64,000 nucleotides of DNA from Adineta vaga (GCA_021613535.1 CP075493.1:9672001-9736000), one strand, 5' to 3'; numbered from the stretch's first letter, positions 13,753 to 27,880 are shown. The notes: generated from the letters alone by a model not told the origin. Numbers and translations are program-made.

Positions 13753-15839
13753 ATGTCGGCAATCACAACATTGAACCCGAAAGCAGAAAGTGCTCGTCAA
13801 GCACAAGCTTTAGCAATTAATATTTCGGCAGCACGTGGTTTAGCAGAAATGCTCAAGACCAACTTAGGTCCAAAAGGAACAATGAAAATGTATGTATAAA
13901 AGGATAAAATTCATCAGACTTATTTCAATGGAGAATTCTAGGTTGGTATCAGGTGCCGGCGATATTAAAATAACTAAAGATGGCAATACATTGCTCCATG
14001 AAATGGTTTGTAAAACTTTTCTTGTTTTTCCATGTATTTATCATTTCAAATGAACTCTATTAATTATCTAGCAAATTCAACATCCAACTGCATCATTAAT
14101 TTCTCGTGCTGCTACTGCTCAAGATGATATTACTGGTGATGGAACAACATCGATTGTTTTACTAATTGGTGAATTACTCAAACAAGCCGATATTTATATA
14201 TCAGAAGTATGATGATAAAAATCTTTGTAGAAATACATCGATAGAATTGTTATTTTCTCATGTAGGGTCTTCATCCTCGTATCGTTGCTGAAGGTTTCGA
14301 ATTAGCTAAGAAAGAAGCATTACTAGTTCTTGATAAATGCAAAATTCCAATTGCTAATGATCGTGAAACATTGGTTCAAATAGCACGTACATCATTACGT
14401 ACAAAATTATTTATTGAAAATGCCGACATACTCACTGACGTTCGTATTGACCTGTTTTATTATCTTGAAAATAAATCTGTTCATATTTCATATGTAGATC
14501 GCTGTTGATGCTGTCTTAGCTTTACATGAACAAGGCAAACCAACTGATTTGAATATGGTTGAAATAATGGAAATGCAACATCGAACTGAAGCTGATTCAC
14601 GTCTTGTACGTGGTATCGTTTTAGATCATGGTGGTCGTCATCCATCGATGCCAAAAGCATTGAAAAATGCTTATATATTAACATGCAATATTTCACTTGA
14701 ATATGAAAAGACGTAAGCGAATGATTTAGTTTCAATTTCTTCAGAGAATGTTTCTTTCTAGGGAAGTCAATGCTGGATTCTTTTATAAGAATGCAGAAGA
14801 ACGTGATCGTCTCGTTGGATCCGAACGTAAATTTATTGATGATCGTGTTCAAAAAATTGTGGAATTAAAACGCAAAGTTTGCTCGGGTGATGATAAAGAT
14901 AAAACATTCGTTATTATCAATCAAAAAGGCATTGATCCATTTTCACTTGATGTCTTGGCTAAAGATGGTATTCTTGCATTAAGACGTGCTAAACGTCGTA
15001 ATATGGAACGAATAACATTAGCATGTGGTGGAGAAGCAATGAAGTAAGATTTAAATTTTAAAATAAAGATAGTTTTCGATGAGAAAACGAATTTTCCTTT
15101 TTTTTTATTTAATTAGTTCAGTGGAAAGTTTAACAAAAGATTGTCTTGGTTATGCTGAAGATGTTTATGAACATGTTCTGGTATGTAAAATAGAGTTTTT
15201 CAAGAGTATGAAAAGAAAAAAATATTGAATATTTTATTTTATAGGGTGAAGAAAAATTTACATTTATTGAAGGTTGTAAAAATCCAAAATCTGTTACAGT
15301 TTTACTCAAAGGTTCCACTAAATATATATTAAATCAATTAAAAGATGCACTTCGTGATGGTCTTCGATCAATTACAAATGCTATTGAAGATGGTTTATTT
15401 CTTTTTCTTTTCTTTTGTTTATATTCATGTAATGTATGATGATTTAGGTTGTGTTATACCTGGCGGTGGTGCTTTCGAAATTGTTGCTCATCAAGCGCTT
15501 ACTCAATATAAAGAACAAGTTAAAGGTCGTGCACGTTTAGGTGTACAAGCATTTGCTGAAGCATTATTAATTATTCCAAAAGCTATTGCACAAAATGCTG
15601 GACATGATCAACAAGAAACAATTGTTAAACTTCAACATGAATATGCCACATCAAAAATTCCTGTTGGTATTGATATTGCAACAGGTGAAGCAATGGAACC
15701 CAAATCATCTGGTATATATGATAATTATCGTGTGAAAAAACAACTAATTCATTCGAGTACATCAATTGCATCAAATTTGATTCTCGTCGATGAAATCCTT
15801 CGAGCTGGTTTATCATCATTACGTCCAGGTGCACAATAA
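13753..15839 (+). CDS. CCT6: T-complex protein 1 subunit zeta, multi-exon
   Basis: Motifs LNPKAESAR...[60 protein letters not shown] and LVDEILRAG. Confidence 0.96.
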
Positions 15840-17101
15840 AGTTATGCTTTTTTCTCGTTATATTAACATTTTCTGAGAATGAAATCAAAAAAGAACATTA
15901 AATTTCCTAGAAATCATTTTCATTCTTCAAAACCAAAAAGCAACAGAACAAGTTTTCCTTTTCTCGTTTCACTAAACCGTTGTTGTGTTTTTCTTGTTAT
16001 CCGTGTGGTTTTTTTAACGACGTTGAAATAAAATAAACGACAACTTACAACTTTTTTCTTATCCCTGAATTATACATAACGAACGGAAGTCTTAATCTGT
16101 CTACTATAGTATTTATGATTTGACTGAATATAACTGACAAAAATTCATTTCTTTTCTATTTTCTCATATCTTGATATATATATATATATAATTGAAACAG
16201 CTCAGTTTCTTGTACCTGAAAAATACTATAAAGATAATAACATTTGTTTATAAAGTTCAAATCGAAATCAATAGACATGCAAAATCGTATAGCAACTGAT
16301 GATAGACTCAAAGTTGTGATGTATCTCTTTCATCCAAGCTAAATTTAGAATTTAATCGACATTTTCCTATTTCTATCAATGATCATCTAAACAAACCAAT
16401 CCGATTATTTGGATTTCCATACATTAATCAATTAATGCACGTCGAAATGCTGATTATCATCTGATTCAATACAAAATCAATAATTCATTAGGAATATGAT
16501 GATCAAAGTATCTAATGTTTTAGTCCGACATACTCGTTTTAGATCGTCTCGAATCACTAACAAACAATTTCATATGAAGAAAGAAAAATCGATAAAAACA
16601 TTTTATAAAAGAAATTCTTCTAATCATCACTTTTGATAATTAGAAAGAGAAAATTTCCGGTAGTTCACTTAATTATATTTAAATATTTCAATGACGATTA
16701 AACCATATGAGTAGGTTCATGGAATAACATGCAATTCAAATGATCGAAACCAAGGTGTTAATTATATATTTAGAAAAAATTGTTTGCAAAATATTAAGAT
16801 TCTTTCAATCGCCTACACTATTAGTTTGACTTAGCGTATTCAATAATGAAAAAAAAATTTTAATATAAATAATTTAGATTACCAAATAATAGTGGATGAA
16901 ATAGAGGGAAATAAATGTTCGGAAAGAAGAAGAAAAAAAAGAAGAACAAACAGAATAATATTCATATAAAAAGTCATTTTGATCATTGACGACGAATTAC
17001 AATTTTTTTTATTCATCAAAGTACAACAGAAGAAATCCTCAAGTAAGCTTTACGTACACTCATATATCGTACTATTGATCTGAACTTTCTATTTAGATAT
17101 C

Positions 17102-17457
17102 ATGTCTGTCGTTATCAAGAAAATTCTCCTTAGCCTTAGTCTAATCCTTTTAGTTTCTCTATTCATTGGCACACAAGCTGCTGATATAACCTCGTCTGAT
17201 CAATTGATTGTAAGTAAAGAAAAAACTGAAATGTTGTTTAATTATGAAGTTCTTTGGTCTTTATTTTCAAGAAAATGAAAAATCCTGAAGAGAAATCGTT
17301 TGAAACTATTCATCATATGGGAAAACGACGATTTTTACCAACACGACGTGAATTAGAACAATATATGAACGAAGATGATGAATCTCATTTGAATATGAAA
17401 AGATATTTCTTAAAATCCAAACGATATTTTCTTAACAGTAAACGAAATGATGAATGA
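17102..17457 (+). CDS. Neuropeptide precursor (97 aa); exons 17102-17209 and 17272-17457
   Basis: Signal peptide MSVVIKKILLSLSLILLVSLFIGTQA, then a phase-0 62-nt GTAAGT...AAG intron. It has a GKR amidation/cleavage site, RR and three KR sites, repeated YFL(K/N)S peptides and an acidic spacer. AATAAA lies ~30 nt after the stop. Confidence 0.82.
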
Positions 17458-18054
17458 TGTAAGATCAATTCGCTTTATTTCTATTTTTGAATAAAATCAA
17501 AAATATTTCATGTATTTTGTTTCTTTGTTTCCAGAAATAAACTATTCATCAATCCCTACTACATCGATATGAACTCATTCTATTAGTTACATTGAATGTA
17601 ATGAACGGGAGAAAGAAAAAGAAACGATGATTGAAATAAATCTCTTTTTGCTTGTTTTTCATGCGAACATCTTCAGTTGATAAATTGATTTCAAAAGCTG
17701 TTTATTTAAACTAATATTATCAGTAATGATCATTTCAACAAAAAATATTATATACTTTTGTTTGATCAATCGATCATATTTATCGTTACTGAAATGTACG
17801 TTGAAATAAACAAAATACAAACATAGATATAGACTTTGACTAACAAAACATCTGTAAATAAAACAAACGAACGTTTAGAATAATTATATTGTTTTTAGAA
17901 AAAGAACAAACACAACGAGAATAGAAGGAAGGAAAGATATATGTATATATGTATTGCACGAAAATCTTAAATAGATGAGATAGAGTGCGAGATTGAAGTA
18001 TAGAAGACAGAAACACACGGATATATATATGTATAGAGAATAATTTGGTTTAGA

Positions 18055-20215
18055 TCAATGTTTTATATGAACTTCAGCTGGTGGTGGTGGTTGTTTTGAT
18101 CGATCAATTATATTAAAAGCATAGATATTTAAATGATCACATATTTGTCGAACCTAAAATATTCAATAGAAGTTTGTTTTAAATAAAAATTCTTTTACCA
18201 CACAAACAGCATAATGTAAATGTGCCAAAATAACAAAAATATTCAAAAGAAATAAAAGTGTAAATTCCATTCTTTCCGTAAGTCCACCATAGACAGACAT
18301 GAGTTGTATGGGAACAAAAAAATAGAGAAGTGTATTGAAACCATCCGAACGTGTTGATGTCATTTGTGCAACAACGAGACGACACTAAACAAAGAAAAGC
18401 ATTTTTATCGATGAAATCATTTATTGAAAGTTTTCTTGTCTATTATACATACAGCAATATTCGAAAAAGTTGCACCAACAGCCGAAAAAAATATACGTGA
18501 TTGTTTATGCATAATCATATGAGGAGAAGCCAGGCCCCACCAAGTTGAAGAAATGAATAATATAGCTGGTGAAATTAATGGTCGAAGAGCTTCATAATAT
18601 GTTCGATTGTAACCAGAACCATTCTTATATGATCTAAATGAAAGAAAGAATATTTTGTAGATAATTAATTTCATCTAAAGAGATTATCTAGTGACTACCG
18701 CGATTTTGTACGTAAGCAATTCGAATCAAAAATGAAATCTTCACTACTTACTGTTGAATATGTTGAATACTGATAGGAACAGATGTACATATTGCAAATA
18801 CTATTTAACAATGAAGAATCAAATAGATAAGAAAGTGTTGTTTTTTTGAATAAAAACAAACTTACATGGCCAAATGAATTCTACACATTTTGCAAATGGA
18901 ACATTGAGAACCGGAACATCAAAGTGAAAAGCAGCTGGTGTAAAAAATATGCAACTAAATAAGTTATAGTCATGATCTATATCAACAAATCAAAAACATT
19001 AAGATTCATTTATAAAACAATGAAAGTTTTTACCAGCATTGATATATCATAAGACCAAGGTAGATATAAGACTTTTGTGTTATATTTTTCCCAATGTGAA
19101 TCAATAAATGAGAGATAAATAATCCACAAAAGCATATGCATAGCCATTGGACTAAAACCATATTCACTTTTGGATATAACAGAAAAAATACAAACAGGAA
19201 AAAGAAAGCAAGCCCAAGAATCAACACCATGATCGAATAACTCTCCTAAAGCACTACTTGATTTAGTACGACGAGCTTGTTTTCCATCCATTCCATCTGA
19301 TAAATAGTAAAGAAAAAAATCAGCATTTAATTTTTCAATATTTTTCTTTACCTAATTGATGAGAACAAAACTGACAAATAGCTGCAACAAGCCATATCCA
19401 TCTTGGAAGAACGAGTGATTCAGTGAAATAGAAGTCATAGTATGAAAACATAACAAAATTGAAAACAAGAAGCAAAAAGCCAAGAAATGTCATTAGATTC
19501 GGTGCAAACCATCGTGGAAAAAACTAAAGAAGAAACATTTCAAGATGGAAAAGAGAATTTTTGTATCAAAAAGAATCATAATCATGGAATTATCTATTTT
19601 AAATACAAAGAATTCTTTGTTAAACAATAATTGCTACGGTCAATTGAAATCTAACTCGATCGTTTATCATTTCTAGCACAATCATTGGCAATGTACATGA
19701 CCTATAGTTAACCTTTTCATTAGTTTGAACTGAATCAATAAATAAATCGTACAAAAACTGAAAACGAGTTGCATATCATTTCTTCTCCTCACGAGATCGA
19801 TATAAATGAACTAAGAAAAAGGGAAAAATAATTCCCTCGAAGAGTCACGACTAACGATGTTTTTCTGAATAGCATTAAAAGATATGACCGTTTCATCAGA
19901 TATTATTTCCATTCTTTCGAATTATTAATGATTTCCCGAATATCTTTTTCCGAAATAGAGAAAAAAATATCATTTGAGTAACTACTTGAAAAACAAACTT
20001 TTTTTTTTGCTTCGTACCTCTACGCAATAGTTCCAAAATGGTTGCATGACATAAATTGATATAGGAGATGTATCAATCGCATTGTACTAGATAGAAAAAA
20101 AGAAAAAACAGTATATAGAATCATGTTTTCTTCTTGGTGATTTTTTCATTACCTTATATTCATTAAGACCTTTTAAATGCTCCCGGCCAAGATACTGATA
20201 ATTGAAAAGATTCAT
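18055..20215 (-). CDS. SELENOI: Ethanolaminephosphotransferase 1 (CDP-alcohol phosphotransferase), multi-exon
   Basis: Motifs YKYNAIDTSPISIYVMQPFWN, FPRWFAPNLMTF, the CDP-alcohol signature DGMDGKQARRTKSSSALGELFDHGVD, HWEKYNTKVLYLPWSYDISM and LAHLHYAVCVVRQICDHLNIYAF. Confidence 0.9.
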
Positions 20216-20514
20216 TGTTCGTCGATTCATTGATTGTCTGTTCTAATACTAACAAAAGTAACGAGAGAAGAGGAGGAAAAGAATGGAATAGTGCCATTCT
20301 TACAATTTCATTCGTCTGCGAGTTGAACCAATTATAATTGAATCAGATCCATAGTTTTCTCTTATCTTTTTCATGGATGTTTGTTATTCTTCTTGTTGAG
20401 TCGAGTTTTTTCTTTCTACTGAGCTAACTTGTTGTTTGATTTGAAAATTTTTGTTTTGCTTTATCTACATTTTATGTCTTTACATGTAAAACGAAATTAA
20501 TCTTTCTCTTTTCA

Positions 20515-23500
20515 ATGACAACAATTATTGAATATCCAACAACATCTGATGATGAAGAATCATTAGAGGATGAAAAAACAACTAGTGGATCATTTCGAAA
20601 TGGAGATTTTCAAGGACGACTTTTTAAATGGACTAACTATTTACATGGATGGCAGGAAAGATATTTGATCTTAAAGAATGGATTTTTAAATTATTATAAG
20701 AATGAATTTGATATTGGTCTCGGTTGTCGAGGTGCACTTTCTGTTAAACAAGCACTTATTCAGGTATATATCGCTATGAATATTTATCTAAAACAAAATG
20801 CAGATAACAATCATATTGATACTTCATATTAAAAATAGATATCTGTTTAAAAATGTACTCTTTCACATTTTTAGTCTCATGAATTTGATGAATGTCGATT
20901 TGATATACGTGTTGGTGATTCCGTATGGTATATACGTGCACATAGTCCTGAAGATCGTGAACGATGGATTCAAGCATTAGAAGATCATAAACAACTATGT
21001 AAAAGTGAATCAGGTTACGGAAGTGAAACTAGTCTACGACGTCATCCAAGTCTTGGTTCATTAGCATCCACAGCAAGTGCAAGTGCTACATCGACTGGTT
21101 CATTTAAAGTGAGAAGAAACCTTTCTTGATGTCTAAAACAAAAAGAAATCATTTATTTTGTTTTTCATAGAAAGATCGTTATTTAAAAGAAAAATTAAGT
21201 GAACTAGAAACATTTCGAGAATTACTTGTTCAACAAGTATCAACATTGCAAACCTATTTTGATGCTTGTGCTAATGCAGTTACCACAGGATTTGAACCCT
21301 ATCAAAAAGAATGTATGCTAAAAGAAGTTTACAATTTGAGACATAGTTTGATAAAAATTTCTTTTAGATGAGAATGCATCTGAACTTGATTTTGAAGAAT
21401 CCTTAGATAAAAATGAGCCAATCAAATCATCTTCCATAAAGCCAGGTATGTTTTAATAAAGAATGAGAAAAACAAAATGTTTTTGTTTATGAATAATTAT
21501 GTCTCTAGGAATTGATCGATTAGCATTAGGTGATCATGCAGCTATGGCAGTCGATTTCAAGGGCGAAGGTTAAACTTTTTTGTTTTTTATTTAGCACATT
21601 CATATTTTATCAATCAATGTTCATTTTAGCATTAACATTTAAAGCAACAACAGATGGAGTTATACATAACTTAGCATTTTGTATCGAACTTATGCAAAAA
21701 CGAGAAGATATTTGGAGAAAAAAACATGAAAAAGTTAGAGAAAAAACGAAATTTTGATGTATCAATACAATGAATGTTTAATTGGATTTTTCGTAGGAAT
21801 TAGAACGTCGAAAGAAATTTCAAGAATTATATAGTAAAATAAGTAAACAAAAAATTCCTATATTTGGTTCTCCAGATGCAGAAGTAAATATTTGATTATA
21901 CTTAAATGATTAGATTATCATTCGCTTTGTTTTTGTTAAAGGAGGGACCACACAGTACATTGAAAGAAGAAGAGTTTTTCGATGCACTTGATCAATCTCT
22001 GGATCGAATCGATCGCGAATCTGATAATTATCAACGTATGGTAAGTGTTATTGTTTTTTTTCTTCCCTTTTCGTCAATACATAACATTAGTAGAAATGAG
22101 TAACTAAGATAACATCTATCGATCATATATACATATAGACAGAACAAAAGTGTTCTGTTCTCTTCTTTTTTTTCTCAATGCATAACTGATTGAGATAAGA
22201 GTTCCTATTTTTTTTATACTATGGATAAATGACCATGAAATGATATCGTACGTTAAATATTATTACTCATTAGGTATATTATTCATAGAGACGACACGTA
22301 AGCGATAGTAGAACAGTGTATGACGATTTTTCTTTGTATGTTTTGTTTGTGATATTCGTACAAATATACATAGTTATTATAACAAACGAAATAGTGATAA
22401 ATAAGGATAATAATGGAGTCTGCAGGAATCAATTATCAGATATATGAAACAAATTCAATTAAACCAATTAGAATCATTTCTGTAGTTCAACCGTTGTCTT
22501 TTCATTCACAATCGTTCCTTAATTATAGACATAGTCAACAATTTTGTTATCGAAATAATAAGTTTTCCGCGACATCAACTCAGATACCTTTTCATATTTC
22601 ATCTGTCGGTATTCATACAATTGAGGATAACCTAGTTAATATATCATCATTCGATAAGGTCTGAATCAATTATATCAATAAACTACGATATTAATTCTAA
22701 TGTATATATTTTTTTTCTAGTCAAAATTATCTTCTAAATCAAAAACTTCAACCAATGAAACAGTAGATCAATCAAAATCTTCACAAAAAAACTCTCCAAC
22801 AACAGTTACTAATGCAACAGTAGTATCAACACCAAATGAAGGCAATTTAATTATCCAAGGAAAACATCGTTTAGCTACTGAAGTAAATAAATTGTTTGTT
22901 ACTTGTTTATTTTTTATACTAGTTATGAATAGGTTGAACGTATTGTTCAAGAACATTTACAGTATGTTCGTGAAGATGTTAGTCATGGTTGGGATTTAAT
23001 ACATCAAGAAGGCGAAATGAAAGTATATCGACGTGAAGTTGAAGAGAATGGAATTGTTGTTGATCCTCTCAAATGTTTTCATACAATTAAAGTAGATAAT
23101 CCTTTTTATCTTCTCTTCCTTCAATATGAATGCATATTTATTTGATTTAGGGTGTTACCGGTCATGAAATTTGTCGATATTTTTGGGAATTTCAATATCG
23201 AATGGATTGGGAAAGTAAGTTGAAATGAATCATATATTGTTCGATTAATCATTGGAATTTTTCTCTCTAGCAACATTGGATTTAACTAAAATTATTGAAG
23301 TCTTAGATCCAGATACAGTAATATTTTTTCAATTACATAAACGTGTATGGCCGGCTGCACAACGTGATTCATGTTTCTGGTCTCATATTCGATGTATGTC
23401 CAATTCTGAAGAAGACCAACCAACATGGATTGTTGTCAATTATACCACACCACATCCTCTTGCACCAGTAGGAGAAGAAATTAATAAGGATTTTTGAAGA

Positions 23501-23918
23501 GAAATTTGCTTTTCTTCTAGATCAAATCGCCACTAGTTCGTCTGGTAGCAAATGTTGCATTGATATGTGAAACAATCATCAAGGAACCACCACTCAATCC
23601 TAAAGATATTAAACGAGAAAATATCGAATGCAAACTTACTTATGTTGCTCTTAGTATGTAATATTTTATCTATTAGTTGATTTTTATGTTCATCAACGAA
23701 AAGATTAAATTTTATCGTTTGTCTTCTTTGTTTTAGTCAATCCTGGTGGATGGGTACCGATTGCAGCAGTACGAAGGTAAATTTCGTTCATTCATATTAT
23801 AAATTCAATTGTAAGTTTTCGTGTTTTCAGTGTGGCTAAACGTGAATATCCACGCTTTGTTAAACGTTTTACATCGTATGTGGTCGAACAAACACGCGAC
23901 AAGCCAATTCTATTTTAA
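20515..23918 (+). CDS. CERT1: Ceramide transfer protein (PH - serine repeat - FFAT - START), multi-exon
   Basis: PH domain ([17 protein letters not shown]...GCRGALS), serine-repeat motif ([22 protein letters not shown]), FFAT (EEEFFDAL) and START domain ([46 protein letters not shown]...KPILF*). Confidence 0.95.
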
Positions 23919-24665
23919 TTTCAATGCACAGAATTTCTTGACGAAATTGATCCTTCATTCTCTTTTTCTTCTCTAACAATCATTTGGCATTCTATCTCTG
24001 TCTCTTTCTTTCTTTTTCTCTTGTGCTGCATATCAATATTTCTTTTGTTATTGATGTTGTTATTTCCAATTTTTTGACATTGCTTACTTGTCTGTATACA
24101 TACCATGTGATGATATGAATGTTTCTTTTCTTTTTGTATATGAAAAACAAACTATCTTCAATAAGAGACAGAAAAAAACAATCCTTGATTCTTATTTTGA
24201 CCCGATTCACATAATAAGGGAGTTTCTTTGATGTACTTATGTACTATGAATAAAATAAACTCATTATTGACGAGATGAAAACTGTCGAAATGATATTCAG
24301 GTAGTCTGTTTTGCATAATTGATTAAATTTCTATATATTGAAATTTTGTAGGAATGGGTAAATGCAGTGTTTGTGAAATTTTTCATTGAATAATATCAAT
24401 ACCAAGAACAAGTAGGAAACTATGTGAAGAATCAACAGTATATGGAACATTTCATACATTGTTCTATTCTAGTACTAAGAGGCATTACGTACACATTGCT
24501 CAGGCATGAATGCTATAAGACAGCAAGATTTACATGAGTAGGAGAATATCGGTATCTAATGATAATGATCATTACAGATATCTGTAGAGAGTTTTCTATT
24601 ATTTTTGAGAATTAAATGTTATATTAAAAACTTGATATTTTTAAGTTTTAGATTACGTTTTAGCC

Positions 24666-27440
24666 ATGAATGACAAATATGCAATTGACAAAGAAGTACA
24701 CAACAATGATGATGATGATGAAGAAAAACATCAAGCAACCATTTTAGATGAATTCATTCCAAAAAGTCATAGTTTTCAATCATTTGCTAATCATTATGGA
24801 GTTTGTGAAGAACATCTATCACGAACAGATCAGTTTAAACAATATCTTCAAAAACACTATGGCTCGTTAAGTTTCTTGTGTTGTCTCAATGCATTTCTGG
24901 AGAGAATTCCATTGATTCGTTGTTTAAAAGATTACAACGTACGTAAAAACTTATATGGTGATATTATGGCTGGTATTATAGTAGCGATTATGCATATACC
25001 ACAAGGTAAATAAAGTAATAATATTAACAAACATAAGATGAGTGTTGTTTGTAAATATAGGAATGGCATATGGTGTTTTAACAACTTTACCACCTGTTCA
25101 TGGTAAAGAATCCGGAAAAATCTTGTTTAATTTATATGAAATTCGTTTTTGATAGGATTATATGTTTCGTTCTATCCAATTATTGTTTACATGATCTTTG
25201 GCACATGTCCACATCTATCGATTGGTAAATTCTATCGGATTATTTTTTCAAAAAAGATTCTCACTTGTTTATTTCAGGAACATTTGCTGTGATATCATTG
25301 ATGGTTGCTCAAGCTATTGAAGGAGTAATTAATTCACCACTGAGAATGATGAACAACAGTACAGAAATATCTTCGAATCAATCAATGTCATTATTAACAG
25401 ATGAAAAAATTAGTATAGCAACAACATTAGCTTTGCTTGTTGGTCTCATTCAAGTAAATTTGAATATTTAATTCAGAATTGTTCCTTTTTAATTATATTC
25501 TTTTAATAAGATCTTATTGTTTCTTCTACGACTTGGTTTTCTAAGTGTTTATCTAACTGAACCATTTATAAGTGGTTTTACATCAGGTAGTGCGATACAT
25601 GTTCTTACAAGTCAACTTCCTGCAATATTTGGTGTAAAAAGTCCACGTGGAATTCAAGGTCCATTTAAAATACCGAAATTCTATATTAAATTGATTTCTA
25701 TCATAATTCATCGTATTAATTGGGTATCAACAGCAATTGGAATAAGTTCAGTAGTGATTTTATATATAGCAAAATATTTAAATGAACGATTTAAATCAAA
25801 AATCCGTATTGTACTACCTATGGAATTAATTCTGGTATGTTCGTATTTCTATTAATTACATTTTCAAAACTCCAAAAAGTCATTTAGTTAATCATCGGAA
25901 CGATTCTTTCACATTTTACTCATCTACATTCCAAGTATGATATATCAATTGTTGGCAATATTAAAAGTGGTTTACCTCCACCGACCCTTCCATCATTTAA
26001 TAATGCAAATCAATTAATTGTTCCAGCTATCACTATTGCTGCTGTTAGTTTTTCGATTTCGATTTCCATGGCCAAAATGTTCAGTCGAAAACATGGATAT
26101 AGGGTTAGTTCAAATCAAGTATGTATAATGAAAAACTTATCGAAAATAAACAGTATGATAAAACCATCCGAATTTCAGGAATTATTAGCCTATGGAATGT
26201 CCAATGTTGTTTCATCATTCTTTCAATGTTATCCTAATGCAGGTTCATTAAGTCGTTCCGTAGTTCAAGAAGGTAGTGGTGGAAAAACATTACTGATAGG
26301 TGGATTTTCTTCGATTATTTTGGCTGCGGTTATTATGGCATTAACTCCATTGTTTCGATCGTTACCTATGACGTGTCTAGCAGCTATTATCATAGTTAAT
26401 TTAAAAGGTCTTCTCTTTCAAATCAAGGATTTGATCTTCTACTTTCGAATCAGTCTATTAGAATGTGTAAGAATGAATCAAAAACTAAATCGAAAACTTA
26501 TTTCCATTCGACATTAGATTTTATGGACAATGACGTTTGTTTCTGTTGTTTTGTTTGATGTGGATATTGGTTTATATGTTGGAATATGTACATCCTTTAT
26601 TATTAATACTGTACGAACTCAAAAGTAAGATCTAATTCTTTCAAAAGAAATGATCGAATCAAATTACTATTATTATTATTATTATTATTTAGACCTCGAT
26701 TTGTAACACTTGGACAAGTAGATTCGACAGAAATTTATAAGAATATTATTTATTTTCCTTCCGTAAGTTAAGCATACTCTTCACAAATAATTCTCACCAA
26801 TCTATGTAGGCACATCAATATTCTCATATAAAAATTCTTCGCTTTGATGAATCACTCTATGCATGCAATGCATTATTTTTTAAACGGAAGTTCTATGAGC
26901 TGATTGACATACACATGACACAACCACCGATTATTCCTTATGGCAATAATACAGATAATCATAAACATAAATCTCTTTATAAATATGTTATTCTTGATTG
27001 TGCACCATTCAATTACATTGATACAGTTGGAGTGAAATTACTTGTCGATGTATGTGAACAAAATAGACGAAGTGAAGCATTCTTTTTTATGACGAACTCT
27101 ATTTTTAGATTTTCAATGATCTACAAAAACGAGACATTGTTTTCTACTTAAGTGAATGTCGATGTAAGTAATGAATGAATTATTTTGTTATCGGAAACAT
27201 CCATAAATAACTTTCTTTTTAGTTGAAATTCGTCATACATTTGACGCAATGAAATTCTATGAAAAAATTGGTTTTCATAAAATTTATGTAACGACACATG
27301 ATGCAGTTGAAACTGCAAGAAATGCTCTAAAAAATGGTAATTTTCTATTTTATCTTTTATTCACTAAAGACTATCTTTCGCTTTATTTAGAATTACATAA
27401 TAATGATGCAATAGCCGTAGCTGTCGATAATTCAGTATAA
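24666..27440 (+). CDS. SLC26/SulP anion transporter (prestin/SLC26A5-A6-like) with STAS domain, multi-exon
   Basis: Motifs GDIMAGIIVAIMHIPQGMAYG, GLYVSF, HLSIGTFAV, LGFLSVYLTEPFISGFT, NQELLAYG and SLSRS, plus STAS motif VILDCAPFNYIDTVGVKLL. Confidence 0.92.
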
Positions 27441-27880
27441 ATTTTCAAATAATTATCTTGAACAGTTTTTTTTTAAATATTACTTTAGTATTTTATTGAT
27501 TTCAAACAATAATATCTATATAGAACAGTATATCTTTACTTTTATAAAGTCATCCATTTTGTAATGAACTGTATACGATGTGGAGGAGAAACTGTCACTC
27601 TCATTTCGTACAAAACTAGTTGATTTGTTTTCGATTTTCTCATGAAAGTTGAAGATGATTGTTTTTCTTTTTTGTATCAATTTGATTTTGATTGAAATAC
27701 AAAAAACATTATAGATAGATCCTCTTGTATTTTCTTCTGATACAAATCAACGAAAATTAGTTGAAAAAATACATCCAGATGCACGCAAATATCGATATGC
27801 AGAATAAGAAATGAACACAATCATACAAATATATTGAAGCACACGAACAAAATATAGATGTAGAAAATAAATAATTGTTA

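Noticed and set aside
16278-16464. Coding-looking fragments between CCT6 and the neuropeptide gene
   Set aside because: The frames are short and interrupted, with no recognisable motif or consistent splice structure.
17700-18057. TGA ending EPT1/SELENOI as a selenocysteine codon
   Set aside because: The TGA is further downstream than the vertebrate Sec position, read-through gives UTR-like low-complexity sequence, and I saw no SECIS-like structure. It is treated as an ordinary stop.
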